This document shows, piece after piece, positions 27,345 to 37,615 of a stretch of DNA of 64,000 bases. This stretch comes from an uncultured virus (IMG/VR IMGVR_UViG_3300025126_000012) (Duplodnaviria > Heunggongvirae > Uroviricota > Caudoviricetes). Every line of letters starts with the position of its first letter. Positions within the stretch are counted from its first letter, which is position 1. Below the pieces are notes generated by a model that did no database searches, had not been told where the DNA came from, and saw only the letters and a list, made by a program, of their open reading frames with translations. The stretch lies in IMG/VR virus record IMGVR_UViG_3300025126_000012; one strand, written 5' to 3'. The position numbers and the translations under genes are program-made.

Positions 27345-28817
27345 ATGTCTGCAATCATTCGTGATACATTTAAAACAACAGCACTTGCAAATTTCATTAA
27401 TAATTTGAGTGCAGATTCATTATATCTTGGTATTGGTAGACCACAAGCATGGGATACTGTCGCTAATCTGGATACTACGGTACCTGTTCCTGAAAATACA
27501 GGCAGGATGGTAAGCAATGATTGGGAAGATATGCTTTCGCTTAAAAAAATATCTTCCTCTGATGCATATTCTGGTATATTCAAAGAGACATGGCAAGCAA
27601 ATGTAATCTACGACATTTATAGACACGATTGGTCCGGAGATATAAGTGCAGTATATAATGGGCCAAACCAAGCCCCTACGACACCGAGTTCAATAGCAGA
27701 TGTCAAATGTTTTGTGGTAACTGAAAACTTTTCTGTGTACGTGTGTCTAAAACAAAGTGTCGTAAACGGTGTGGTTCAGCCTTCCATATATTCTCCAGAG
27801 ACTGGAGTACCTGTTGGAGTGGATACTGGAATAGTGAAAACAGCCGATAATTATTATTGGAGATTTTTAGCTAGTACATCCGCCGCGGATTTTGTGAAGT
27901 TCTCAAGTAAATATTATCATCCAGTCGGGACGGTTCTTGTAGCTCCCGGCCCAAGTGATGCATATTATACACAATGGTTACATCAAGGATATGCTGCACA
28001 ACACAAGGGAGGCATTTACACAATAAATGTTACAACAAGTGGTACAGGGTATAATGGTGGCATTGCTGGAAGCAGAGCAGTAACAGATGCAGAGGCAGAT
28101 GCTGAATTCAAAGTAATAGGTAATGGTCTCGGATTAGAATACACCGTAACATACGGGCCAGGTGGTTCAATTTCAGATGTAGAAATTACTAACCCAGGGG
28201 CAGGATATACACATGCTACTATCTTAGCAACAACTGGAACAGGTGCAGTATTTGATATAATTTATACTCCGATGAGTGGACTTGGAGTAAACCCTGCTAA
28301 AGATACCGTTGCTAGGTTTTTGCTGATAAATGTTATATTAACTGGTGCCGAAGGTAGTGGGGATTTCACCGTAGGAAATGATTATCGAAAGATTAGTCTA
28401 GTATACAATCCAAGCATATTTGGCAGTGATACAATCGCAACAGCAGCTACTTTAGACGCAACTCTAACCCTAGGAATAGCAGCAGGACTTCCAGTTGATG
28501 CATATCCTATTGACTCCATTATAACAGGTACTACATCTGGTGCTAAGGGTAGAGTGGTAGATTACAATTCTACTACCGGCGCTCTGCGTGTAATTAGAAC
28601 ATCATCTGAAAATTTGAATAATATAGGTGCTAATAATTCATTTCAAGTGGCAGAAAGTATAACAGCACTTGGAGGAACGGGTAATAGTGTTATTGGTACT
28701 ATTACTAATCCTGAAGTTCAAGTATATTCTGGTGATATAATTTATTCTGAATATAGAAGCCCTATTACTCGTGCTGAATTACAGACAGAAACATTAAATA
28801 TCATCATAAAGATTTAA
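27345..28817 (+). CDS. 8: Baseplate wedge gp8
   Basis: MSAII, LYLGIGRPQAW, W.DM...KKI, YD.YRHD, VYVCL, NDYRKISL..NP, SGDIIY.E.R.PITR. Confidence 0.92.
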   Translation: MSAIIRDTFKTTALANFINNLSADSLYLGIGRPQAWDTVANLDTTVPVPENTGRMVSNDWEDMLSLKKISSSDAYSGIFKETWQANVIYDIYRHDWSGDISAVYNGPNQAPTTPSSIADVKCFVVTENFSVYVCLKQSVVNGVVQPSIYSPETGVPVGVDTGIVKTADNYYWRFLASTSAADFVKFSSKYYHPVGTVLVAPGPSDAYYTQWLHQGYAAQHKGGIYTINVTTSGTGYNGGIAGSRAVTDAEADAEFKVIGNGLGLEYTVTYGPGGSISDVEITNPGAGYTHATILATTGTGAVFDIIYTPMSGLGVNPAKDTVARFLLINVILTGAEGSGDFTVGNDYRKISLVYNPSIFGSDTIATAATLDATLTLGIAAGLPVDAYPIDSIITGTTSGAKGRVVDYNSTTGALRVIRTSSENLNNIGANNSFQVAESITALGGTGNSVIGTITNPEVQVYSGDIIYSEYRSPITRAELQTETLNIIIKI

Positions 28818-28883
28818 CGTGAGTCGGTAATAAATAAAACATAGAATAAAACATAGAACTGCATACTTTACTAGGAATACTAC

Positions 28884-31800
28884 ATGCTTGATTTAAATAC
28901 ATTTCCCTATTATGATGACTTTGAGTCTCTAAAAGGGTATCATAAAATATTATTTCATCCTGCCAAACCAGTACAGGCGCGAGAATTAACGCAGATTCAG
29001 AGTATACTTCAAGCTCAAATAAAACGACATGGTGACCATGTATTTAAAAATGGCACACTCGTAATACCGGGTCATGTATTCTACGACGACACTGTCAAAT
29101 TTCTTAAATTAGAAGTAAATTATAATGATGTTAACATTGAAACATATATATCTGATTTAGTAGGAACTACGATTGCAGGTGATACGAATGGCATAACAGC
29201 TACCGTAGTACATTATGATGTATCGACCGATACTGACCAACCCACAATTTATATAAAATATCTTTCTGCTTCAGGTGCTATTCAAGAATTTCAGTCAGGT
29301 GAAACTCTTACTAGCGTAGATATACCAGGCCTTGTATTTAAAATTGCTCCACTCACGACTTATACAGGAGCGGCATCAATATGTACAATCGGCGAGGGGG
29401 TATATTATGTAAATGGTTATTTCGTACAAGTATTAAAACAATCAGTAACCGTTTCTAAGTATACTAATACCGCATCTGCTGTTGTAGGTTTAGATTATAT
29501 AGAATCGATTGTAACTGAAAATGAAGATTATACTCTTAACGATAATGCATTTGGATTTACCAATTATAATGCACCCGGTGCTCATAGATTAAAAATATCT
29601 TTGACGTTATCGAAGAAAGATTATGAGTATACTTCCGCGGATACTGCTGAAATTAAATTTATTGATTTATTGAAAATCAATAATGGTAAGATTGAATATC
29701 TAAAAAATGAAACAAAATATGCTGAAATAGAAAAATGGCTCGCACGAAGAACGTATGAAGAGTCTGGTGATTATGTAGTTTCTCCATTTTCATTTAATGC
29801 GGCTGAATATCGCAAGAATGATAGAGGAATATGGCTCCCAAATATCCCAGTTTTAATTGGCGATTTAGTATCTAACGGCGATATTACATACATCGCAATG
29901 AATCAAGGATATACTGGTTCAGCTGCCCCGGTGCATACTTATGGAATCGTATCTGATGGTGTAATTTATTGGAATCAAGTACCAAATAAGAGATTGTTTG
30001 ACAATAAAGGAACGACACCAATCACAAGTGAACTGATAGATGAGCATATTATTGCTGAAAGTAAAATGGCAATTCAAACAAGTCCAGGTAAAGCATATAT
30101 AAAAGGATTTGAAATTGAATTTAACTTAGCTACAACTGCTGTTGTATCAAAAGCTAGACAAACTCGCCAACTATCTCAAGCACAATTATATACGCCAGCC
30201 GGTGCATATATTGTAGTCAAAGATATAATAGGCGTTCCTTCAATAACAGCTAATTTAACAAAAGTAGATATATTGGATGTTACAAGTGCAATCATTGGTA
30301 CTGCCCGGGTTAGGTCTCTGGAATATTTGTCTGGTACACCTGGTATCGATAGCACATATAGGCTGTTCCTTTTTAATATAAAATTAAATACTAAAAATAA
30401 TTTTGCAAGGGATGCATATTCTTTTAATAGTACATCCTTTTCTGCTAATATCGTTTCGAAAGTAATACCGTTAAGCGGTTCTGGTACATCTGCTGCCACT
30501 ACCATAACTGGCGTCGGTACTTATTTTGATTTTGAATTATCAGTAGGTGATAGAATTGTTGCTTCGGGGGTATCTGCTAAAGTAGTTACCATATCAAGCC
30601 CAACAACAATAACAACATCAGTTGATATAACTGCATCGGCAAGTACATTATATAGAGAAATTGCCGAACTTGTTATATTGGGAGATTATGTTCGCAAATT
30701 GCCATCTAAGGCTATAAATACACTTCGAGATATTAATGGTGATATTGACATGCAATATGTCGTATCCAAATCATATCAGTTCACCACGGTTGGCACTACA
30801 TATAATATTATATTAACAAATGGGGAAACATTCTTACATACGGGACATATTATAATTTCGGGCAGTACAGGTTTGCCTGTTAATGCAACATATTCGCTTG
30901 ATACTCCTGCAACAACATTGACTATCAGTGGGTTGCTAGCTGCCACTGATTATAAGGGTATTATATTAGTTAAAAGAACAGGTGCATTTGCTAAAGAAAA
31001 GACTAAGTCCCTAGCAGTCGGCGCATTAACACTTACAAATGCGACCTCACAAAAATATGATAGCAAGAATATATCCTTAAATGAGGCAGATTGCCTTCGT
31101 ATTATAAAGATAACAGAATCGGGTGACCCTACTGATAAAGCATCATACGTTGAAGCAGGTGAATCTGATATTACAAATAAATACGTGTTTGATAATGGGC
31201 AGCGAGCAGAATACTATGATGTCGGTCGAGTGCGGACTAATCGTACTACTACTAGACCAATTCGTATCATATTCGAGTATTTCGTGCATTCTGATGGAGA
31301 TTATTTCAGTGTAGATTCATATTCTTCAATCCCAACCGCATTGTTAAATGCCGTTAAAATAGGAGATGTTGACTATTATCTGCCAGATTGCTTGGATTTC
31401 AGGAGCAGAATTTCGGACAATGGTACTGAATTCAATGTAGTAACTGGTGCATCGGTATCTGACCCATTATCATCTGAGTCTACTATGAGTACAAGCTATT
31501 CATACTTTTTATCTAGGACAGATTCACTCGGAATATCGAATTCAGGAGAAATGACTTATATCCTCGGCGGTGATATGGTCGATGGAATGCCATTGGTTAC
31601 AATATCAGTAGCTGCAAAGACAAATGTACCATCAACTGATGTATCATTTTCTAATGAGCAAATACTTAATTATACAATGAGAGCTGTAAAAGATTTAGAT
31701 AGCAGATTATCTAATGTAGAAACAGAAGTACTTTTAAGTGCAGCAGAAAAATCAACCGTGAATTTGTCAATCAAAGATAGTTTCGGTTTAGAAAGAGATA

Positions 31801-32357
31801 AAAACGGTTTCTTGGTTGATAATTTTACTGGATTAGAAGTATCAGATATATCTAATCCAGATTTATCTACAGCGATTGACCCTGAAAACAGAGAATGCAG
31901 AGCATTAGCTATATTGGATGGTGTTACATTAATGGAGCCGACTGGCATTACAGCTACTGCCAGAAAGGCATCAAACTATCAACTGACAGGTAGTTTAATA
32001 ACATTACCATACGAAGAAGTAAATATGCTCAATCAGTCGATGGCATCAAAAGCAGAAATTGTACAAGCATATTCCACATTAGATTTCACTGGTAAACTCG
32101 ATGTATTACCTGCAGCAGATAATTATGTTATACATAGATTTTCTGTCGTCAATGACCCTACTGTGCGACTTGCGCCTGTTACTAATTATATAAATAAGAC
32201 AACCAGAGCATATATTACGTTAAGTGGTAGAATGGCGGATGCATCTAGCTATTTCAGGAAGATAAACAACAGGAAACACGGTCGAACGTATAATACTAGG
32301 ACTGACGTCGGCGGTGTTACCAGATACAGAAAGAGATGGCGCCGGAATGATAGATAA
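28884..32357 (+). CDS. VrlC/DUF4815-like virion structural protein, N-terminal part
   Basis: LN..PYYDDF...K.YHKILF.P..PVQARELTQIQSILQ.Q, APGAHRLKI, LARRTYEESGDY, GFLVDNF. Confidence 0.85.
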   Translation: MLDLNTFPYYDDFESLKGYHKILFHPAKPVQARELTQIQSILQAQIKRHGDHVFKNGTLVIPGHVFYDDTVKFLKLEVNYNDVNIETYISDLVGTTIAGDTNGITATVVHYDVSTDTDQPTIYIKYLSASGAIQEFQSGETLTSVDIPGLVFKIAPLTTYTGAASICTIGEGVYYVNGYFVQVLKQSVTVSKYTNTASAVVGLDYIESIVTENEDYTLNDNAFGFTNYNAPGAHRLKISLTLSKKDYEYTSADTAEIKFIDLLKINNGKIEYLKNETKYAEIEKWLARRTYEESGDYVVSPFSFNAAEYRKNDRGIWLPNIPVLIGDLVSNGDITYIAMNQGYTGSAAPVHTYGIVSDGVIYWNQVPNKRLFDNKGTTPITSELIDEHIIAESKMAIQTSPGKAYIKGFEIEFNLATTAVVSKARQTRQLSQAQLYTPAGAYIVVKDIIGVPSITANLTKVDILDVTSAIIGTARVRSLEYLSGTPGIDSTYRLFLFNIKLNTKNNFARDAYSFNSTSFSANIVSKVIPLSGSGTSAATTITGVGTYFDFELSVGDRIVASGVSAKVVTISSPTTITTSVDITASASTLYREIAELVILGDYVRKLPSKAINTLRDINGDIDMQYVVSKSYQFTTVGTTYNIILTNGETFLHTGHIIISGSTGLPVNATYSLDTPATTLTISGLLAATDYKGIILVKRTGAFAKEKTKSLAVGALTLTNATSQKYDSKNISLNEADCLRIIKITESGDPTDKASYVEAGESDITNKYVFDNGQRAEYYDVGRVRTNRTTTRPIRIIFEYFVHSDGDYFSVDSYSSIPTALLNAVKIGDVDYYLPDCLDFRSRISDNGTEFNVVTGASVSDPLSSESTMSTSYSYFLSRTDSLGISNSGEMTYILGGDMVDGMPLVTISVAAKTNVPSTDVSFSNEQILNYTMRAVKDLDSRLSNVETEVLLSAAEKSTVNLSIKDSFGLERDKNGFLVDNFTGLEVSDISNPDLSTAIDPENRECRALAILDGVTLMEPTGITATARKASNYQLTGSLITLPYEEVNMLNQSMASKAEIVQAYSTLDFTGKLDVLPAADNYVIHRFSVVNDPTVRLAPVTNYINKTTRAYITLSGRMADASSYFRKINNRKHGRTYNTRTDVGGVTRYRKRWRRNDR

Positions 32358-32385
32358 CACACGAACAATTTAAAAGAAACATACA

Positions 32386-33147
32386 ATGACAAGCGACAGA
32401 ATAGAAACAAACATATCTACTACGAGTGCCCAAGAAACATTATCATTGGGTAGTTACGATGTAGTCAATAATTTCAAAGCATCTAAACTCAGAACTAGAA
32501 CCGTTATATTATCCGCAACAAAGCTTAAACCATTTGCTGATATGAATGTATTTTTAAGTGGAACTCTCGTAAATTCTCATTTTACTCCTTGCACTATGGT
32601 TGAAGTTTCGACCACAGGAGCCTTTGCACCAGCAAAGGGGCAGCAATATAATGATAATATTTTACTGAGAACGACTTCAATCAATTCATACGATACTATA
32701 TTAAAGGGAGATGTTATCACTTGCCTCACAGGTAGTGCTATTGTAATATCAGACGAGACTATTTACGATAAAACTTTAGGTGCTAATAAGAGAATATTAT
32801 ATGTAACAAATGTAAAAGGCACAATTTCTGGTACCATAACTGGCAGTGTAAGCATGAGTACTGGCACAGTTGTATCAGTTTCAAGTGGAAGTAGAACGAC
32901 TAATTCCCTCGGAAATATATATGGTGCCCTAGTAATTCCAGCATTTACATTTGACTCTGGTATCCAAAAGATATTATTAAGTGATGCAAATACACCAGAT
33001 ACAAATGCATCTAGCACAATGGCAGATGCAGCATATATATCTAATGGGGATGTATATGCGCATACAAAGCACAATAAATTCGGAGAAAGAACAGTGACGA
33101 GTGTAGTAGATAGGACAAAGACGACTGAGTTTTTCTCACAGTCGTAA
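32386..33147 (+). CDS. VrlC/DUF4815-like protein, middle part
   Basis: LRTR.V...AT.LKP....VF, T...G...G...IP...F..G pattern of the central region of this family. Confidence 0.65.
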   Translation: MTSDRIETNISTTSAQETLSLGSYDVVNNFKASKLRTRTVILSATKLKPFADMNVFLSGTLVNSHFTPCTMVEVSTTGAFAPAKGQQYNDNILLRTTSINSYDTILKGDVITCLTGSAIVISDETIYDKTLGANKRILYVTNVKGTISGTITGSVSMSTGTVVSVSSGSRTTNSLGNIYGALVIPAFTFDSGIQKILLSDANTPDTNASSTMADAAYISNGDVYAHTKHNKFGERTVTSVVDRTKTTEFFSQS

Positions 33148-33168
33148 ATAATTAAAAGGATTTAATAC

Positions 33169-34902
33169 ATGAGCGCTTCAATTTCACCATTAGCACAAAC
33201 ATTTAAAGTAGATAATACATTCACGGAAGGTGTCTTATTAACATCAGTCGATTTATTTTTTGCGGCGAAAGATGATACTGCTCCTATAGAAATTCAACTC
33301 GTAGATACTTTGAATGGTTATCCTACTAACATTATAATCGAAGGTTCCAAAGTCATATTGCCGGCAGCTGCTGTTACGACATCGAGCACATCGTTAGTTC
33401 CAGTAAAATTCAAATTCGATTCGTTGGTATATTTGGAATCTGGCAAAGAATATGCAGTGAAAGTACTGACAAATTCAGCCAAATATAAAGTTTGGACATC
33501 TGTTATGGGTGATAATAGGATTGACAATCCTGCTGTACTAATTACTCAGCAACCTGCTGTTGGTTCATTATTTAAATCACAAAATAATTCTACATGGACA
33601 CCTGAGCAACTTCAAGATTTGACATTCAGATTAAACAGAGCAAAATTTAATACTGGTGTTATCGGCAATATATCTTTAGTAGAAGCGCCAACTAACGATA
33701 TAGTGACATTAGTATCAAATCCATTTATGACAACAAATGGGCAAACCACGGTTAAAGTGCATCATATCAATCATGGATATGCACCTGGTATGTTAGTAAC
33801 TTATAGTGGAAGCACTGATGCTACCTTTAATTCTCAGTTCTCTGTATTGTCAGTTATCAATTCTGATTATTATACCATTGGACTAGCATCGGCAGCCTCG
33901 GCCACAAACAAAGTCGGCGGTTCAGATGTACAAACTGAACAATCGATAAAATATGACACTATCATGGTATCTGGTATATCCGAGGGCAGAGAGGTAGGTA
34001 CTAAAGTAACTGCCAGACTGAGTAATTCGATAAACCGAGATGCAACAGATACTGATATTACTCCTGAGTATTTTACTGATTTGACTAGTAACAAATATGT
34101 ATATACATCCGCCAATAGAGTATCAAAATTAGCTGGGGTGAATTCATTTAATCTGAAAGTAGCCCTCAGTTCTAATAATGATGCAATGTCTCCAGGGATT
34201 GACTTGGAATTATTATCTGTCGATTTACTAAGTAATAAAATTAATAATCCATCTAGTACTGACATAGATTTCAATATCGATGGTGAAACTATTGTAGTAG
34301 GAGCATCGAATGTTTCCTTTGATGCTGTGACCAATAATATCACAATACCAAGTACAACAGATTACACAAAAATAAAAGAAGGCGCCTGGGTTAAAATACT
34401 CGATGCAGGCGGATTAAATGATGGTTTATCTGGTTATATTTCAGAAATTGATACTTTTGCTAATACCCTTACCGTAGTAGGAGATACATTAGTCACTGAG
34501 TCTAACAGAAGTGCAACAGTTGAACAATATATATCATTCATTTCAGAGACATCGAATGGTGGTACAGCAGAATCAAAACATATAACAAAACAGGTCAATT
34601 TAACAAATAAATCTACTGGATTCAGAATACTAGTCGATGCTAATATTCATACAGATGCTGAATTGGAATTATATTACAGGACAGGATTGCAAAATGCTGG
34701 GCTCGAATTATCCAATGTAGGATGGAGCAAACACGATATTACATATAAAAAATCAGTCAATGAAACTGATTTCATCGAGTATGAATTTAATATTACTGAT
34801 TTAGACCTATTTGACCAATTCCAATTGAAGTTTGTATTGTTAAGTTCGAATACTGCTGTTACTCCTAAACTTAAATTGCTGAGAGTCATTGCACATGCAT
34901 AA
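33169..34902 (+). CDS. VrlC/DUF4815-like protein, C-terminal part
   Basis: PLAQTF, TSVDLFF..KD, GSLFKSQN.STWT..Q..DL.F.L.RAKF, ...P....LRVIA.A. Confidence 0.85.
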   Translation: MSASISPLAQTFKVDNTFTEGVLLTSVDLFFAAKDDTAPIEIQLVDTLNGYPTNIIIEGSKVILPAAAVTTSSTSLVPVKFKFDSLVYLESGKEYAVKVLTNSAKYKVWTSVMGDNRIDNPAVLITQQPAVGSLFKSQNNSTWTPEQLQDLTFRLNRAKFNTGVIGNISLVEAPTNDIVTLVSNPFMTTNGQTTVKVHHINHGYAPGMLVTYSGSTDATFNSQFSVLSVINSDYYTIGLASAASATNKVGGSDVQTEQSIKYDTIMVSGISEGREVGTKVTARLSNSINRDATDTDITPEYFTDLTSNKYVYTSANRVSKLAGVNSFNLKVALSSNNDAMSPGIDLELLSVDLLSNKINNPSSTDIDFNIDGETIVVGASNVSFDAVTNNITIPSTTDYTKIKEGAWVKILDAGGLNDGLSGYISEIDTFANTLTVVGDTLVTESNRSATVEQYISFISETSNGGTAESKHITKQVNLTNKSTGFRILVDANIHTDAELELYYRTGLQNAGLELSNVGWSKHDITYKKSVNETDFIEYEFNITDLDLFDQFQLKFVLLSSNTAVTPKLKLLRVIAHA

Positions 34903-35095
34903 AACTGATGTCGATAATATTATGCAAGCGAGTACAGGCATTTTAATTTCTACCGCTAAACCTACAGGATATTTAAATCAACATAAAAAAATGTTAGAAC
35001 TTGAGGCTGATAGGATTAAAATAAATAGATTAGAATCTGAAATGAATATCATAAAATCCATGCTTCAACAAATTATTAATAAGGTCAACACATAA
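34895..35095 (+). CDS. Small coiled-coil hypothetical protein
   Basis: TG.LI...INRLESEMNIIKSMLQQI, typical of the gene following VrlC-like proteins; start 34889 or 34895. Confidence 0.65.
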   Translation: MHKTDVDNIMQASTGILISTAKPTGYLNQHKKMLELEADRIKINRLESEMNIIKSMLQQIINKVNT

Positions 35096-37566
35096 TGGCA
35101 AAACCGATCGTAGAATTGTATAACAGTTTTGAAGACTGGAGAGTGATGACAAATACAATCTCCAACAACGTAGGTGACCCATTAACAGTATCCCCAGACC
35201 AAACATTCGCAGTAACTGATGTTGTATCTGTATTAAATGATATTTATACTAAGAAATTTAATAGAAGCGGCGGGGATATTACTGGTGATATATCAGTTAA
35301 CACTAATAAATTTAATATAACTGCTGCATCTGGTAATACAACAATTGCTGGTACATTAGGTGTCCTCTCCAACCTTGCTATCAATACAAATAAGTTCAAT
35401 GTAGCTGCTCTATCTGGTAATACAACAATCGCTGGTACATTGGGAGTAACAGGTGCAACAACACTTACGGGATTGTTGACTACTAACGGCGATTTACATG
35501 TTGGAGCAAGCAAAGTTACCATGTTGTCTGCGACTGGAAACACCGCAATTGCAGGTACATTATCTGTTGCTGGTATTACATCGTTAGCAATAACATCTAC
35601 TACTTCACTCAATGCATCTGGTGCTTGTTTATTTTCCTCTACATTAGGCGTTACTGGTGACGTTGCTATTAACACTAATAAGTTCAATATAACTGCTGCA
35701 TCTGGTAATACCTCAATTGCTGGTACATTGGGTGTCGCCGGTACAACTACTCTTTCTTCTTCTTTAATATCAACAGTGGGTATACTTAGTACTAATACTC
35801 CGATATTATCTGCATCACAGACTTGGAATAATGCAGGTACAGTATTCAATGGTATATATGTAGATGTAACTAATACAGCATCAGCACCGGGGTCTAGATT
35901 ATTGTCCTTTAAATTGGCCGGGGTAGATAAATTTAACATTGATGTTAATGGTGCAATTAATCAATCATTAGCCGGTACATATCTTGCTAGAAAAATCCTT
36001 TCTGGCTCTCGAGGTGTTAGAGAATATCAGGATTTGCTCGATGATGGAATTCAGGGTTTACCTGGGTCACCTGGTATAGAAACCGATTCATTTGAATGGG
36101 GATTCACATGGAATGCTGCTTGGGATAATAGTACTCATACTTATATTAAAGATAGAAGTAATGCAGGCGACCATGCATTAATGATGAGGACATCAAAGAA
36201 ATACACTCAAGATTGGTGGTTTTCAGATGGTACAACAGGTGGCTCTGCTATATTATGGACAAATAAAGTAAAATTTGACCTGCCCAATAGTGCATATACA
36301 TTTGCTGGTACAATTAATACAACAACATTAAATGTTTCTGGGAACATACAAACAGGTACTTGGAACGCAACAACAATATCAACTACTAAGGGAGGTACTG
36401 GTAGAACTACGATAGGAACCGCAAATCAATTCTTGGGTGTTGATGCCACGGCGACTGGACTTGAATATAAGACAGTAACTAGTTCTGATAGTTCATTGTC
36501 AATAATGTACCCAAGTGCGGGTGTTATTGATATTAAATTAGTAGGAACATTGCCGGGTAATACAAATTTCGCCGGAGATTTATCAGTAGGCGGTTCAGCA
36601 CCAAATCATAAATTCTTGGTATTGGCAGCATCTGGTAATACTGATATTAATGGAACATTAGGGGTAACAGGTGCAACAACATTATCGAGCACATTGGGGA
36701 TAACAGGTGACGTTGCTATCAATATAAATAAGTTCAATGTAGCTGCTCTGTCTGGTAATACGACAATCGCTGGTACATTGGGTGTAACAGGTGCAACAAT
36801 ATTATCTAGTACATTGGGGGTAACAGGTGCAACGACATTATCTAGTACATTAAACGTAGTAGATTCCTTATCGGTTAATATAAATAAGTTCAACGTTGCT
36901 GCTCTTTCTGGTAATACAACAATCGCTGGTACATTGGGGGTAACAGGTGCAACAACATTGTCGAGCACTTTGGGTGTTACTGGTAACGTTGCTATCAATA
37001 CAAATAAATTTAATATAACTGCCCTATCTGGTAACACAACAATCGCTGGTACTTTAGATGTCGCCAGCGCAACAACATTATCGAGCACATTGAATGTGGT
37101 AGGAGCATTTTCAGTCAATTCAAATAAATTTATTGTCAATCCTACTACTGGTAATACAACAATTGCTGGTACATTGGGTGTAACAGGAAAGACAACAATC
37201 ACGGATGTTTCACTTAACACACTAGCATTGAATGATGGAACAGGCGATGCTACCTTAATGGATGTTACTAGTACATCTGTTGCAATCACAGGAGCAACGG
37301 CAATTGCAACTGTACCCGCGGCATATAAAGCAGTAGAATTCTTAGTAAAATGTTCAGTTGCAAGTGCCGGTGCGTATCAATTGATTAAATTGTTGGCTGT
37401 TAATGATGGTGCCGCTACTACTGCGGTAACTGAATTCGGCAATGTTGAAATCAATGATACAGGTGTATCATACGATATAACATCTGCTGGTGGTATTATG
37501 TCGCTAATTGCAACAACTACTATTGCAAATTCGGTATTCACTGTTATTGCGACTTCCATAAAGTAA
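35095..37566 (+). CDS. Fibre protein with tandem NTNKFN..A.SGNTTIAGTLGVTG repeats
   Basis: N-terminal SFEDWR..TN; two repeat blocks visible at protein and DNA level. Confidence 0.8.
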   Translation: MAKPIVELYNSFEDWRVMTNTISNNVGDPLTVSPDQTFAVTDVVSVLNDIYTKKFNRSGGDITGDISVNTNKFNITAASGNTTIAGTLGVLSNLAINTNKFNVAALSGNTTIAGTLGVTGATTLTGLLTTNGDLHVGASKVTMLSATGNTAIAGTLSVAGITSLAITSTTSLNASGACLFSSTLGVTGDVAINTNKFNITAASGNTSIAGTLGVAGTTTLSSSLISTVGILSTNTPILSASQTWNNAGTVFNGIYVDVTNTASAPGSRLLSFKLAGVDKFNIDVNGAINQSLAGTYLARKILSGSRGVREYQDLLDDGIQGLPGSPGIETDSFEWGFTWNAAWDNSTHTYIKDRSNAGDHALMMRTSKKYTQDWWFSDGTTGGSAILWTNKVKFDLPNSAYTFAGTINTTTLNVSGNIQTGTWNATTISTTKGGTGRTTIGTANQFLGVDATATGLEYKTVTSSDSSLSIMYPSAGVIDIKLVGTLPGNTNFAGDLSVGGSAPNHKFLVLAASGNTDINGTLGVTGATTLSSTLGITGDVAININKFNVAALSGNTTIAGTLGVTGATILSSTLGVTGATTLSSTLNVVDSLSVNINKFNVAALSGNTTIAGTLGVTGATTLSSTLGVTGNVAINTNKFNITALSGNTTIAGTLDVASATTLSSTLNVVGAFSVNSNKFIVNPTTGNTTIAGTLGVTGKTTITDVSLNTLALNDGTGDATLMDVTSTSVAITGATAIATVPAAYKAVEFLVKCSVASAGAYQLIKLLAVNDGAATTAVTEFGNVEINDTGVSYDITSAGGIMSLIATTTIANSVFTVIATSIK

Positions 37567-37615
37567 TAAATAGATTATAAACAAATTGTAGTTTTCGGGG
37601 ATAGGGAACCGAGTT

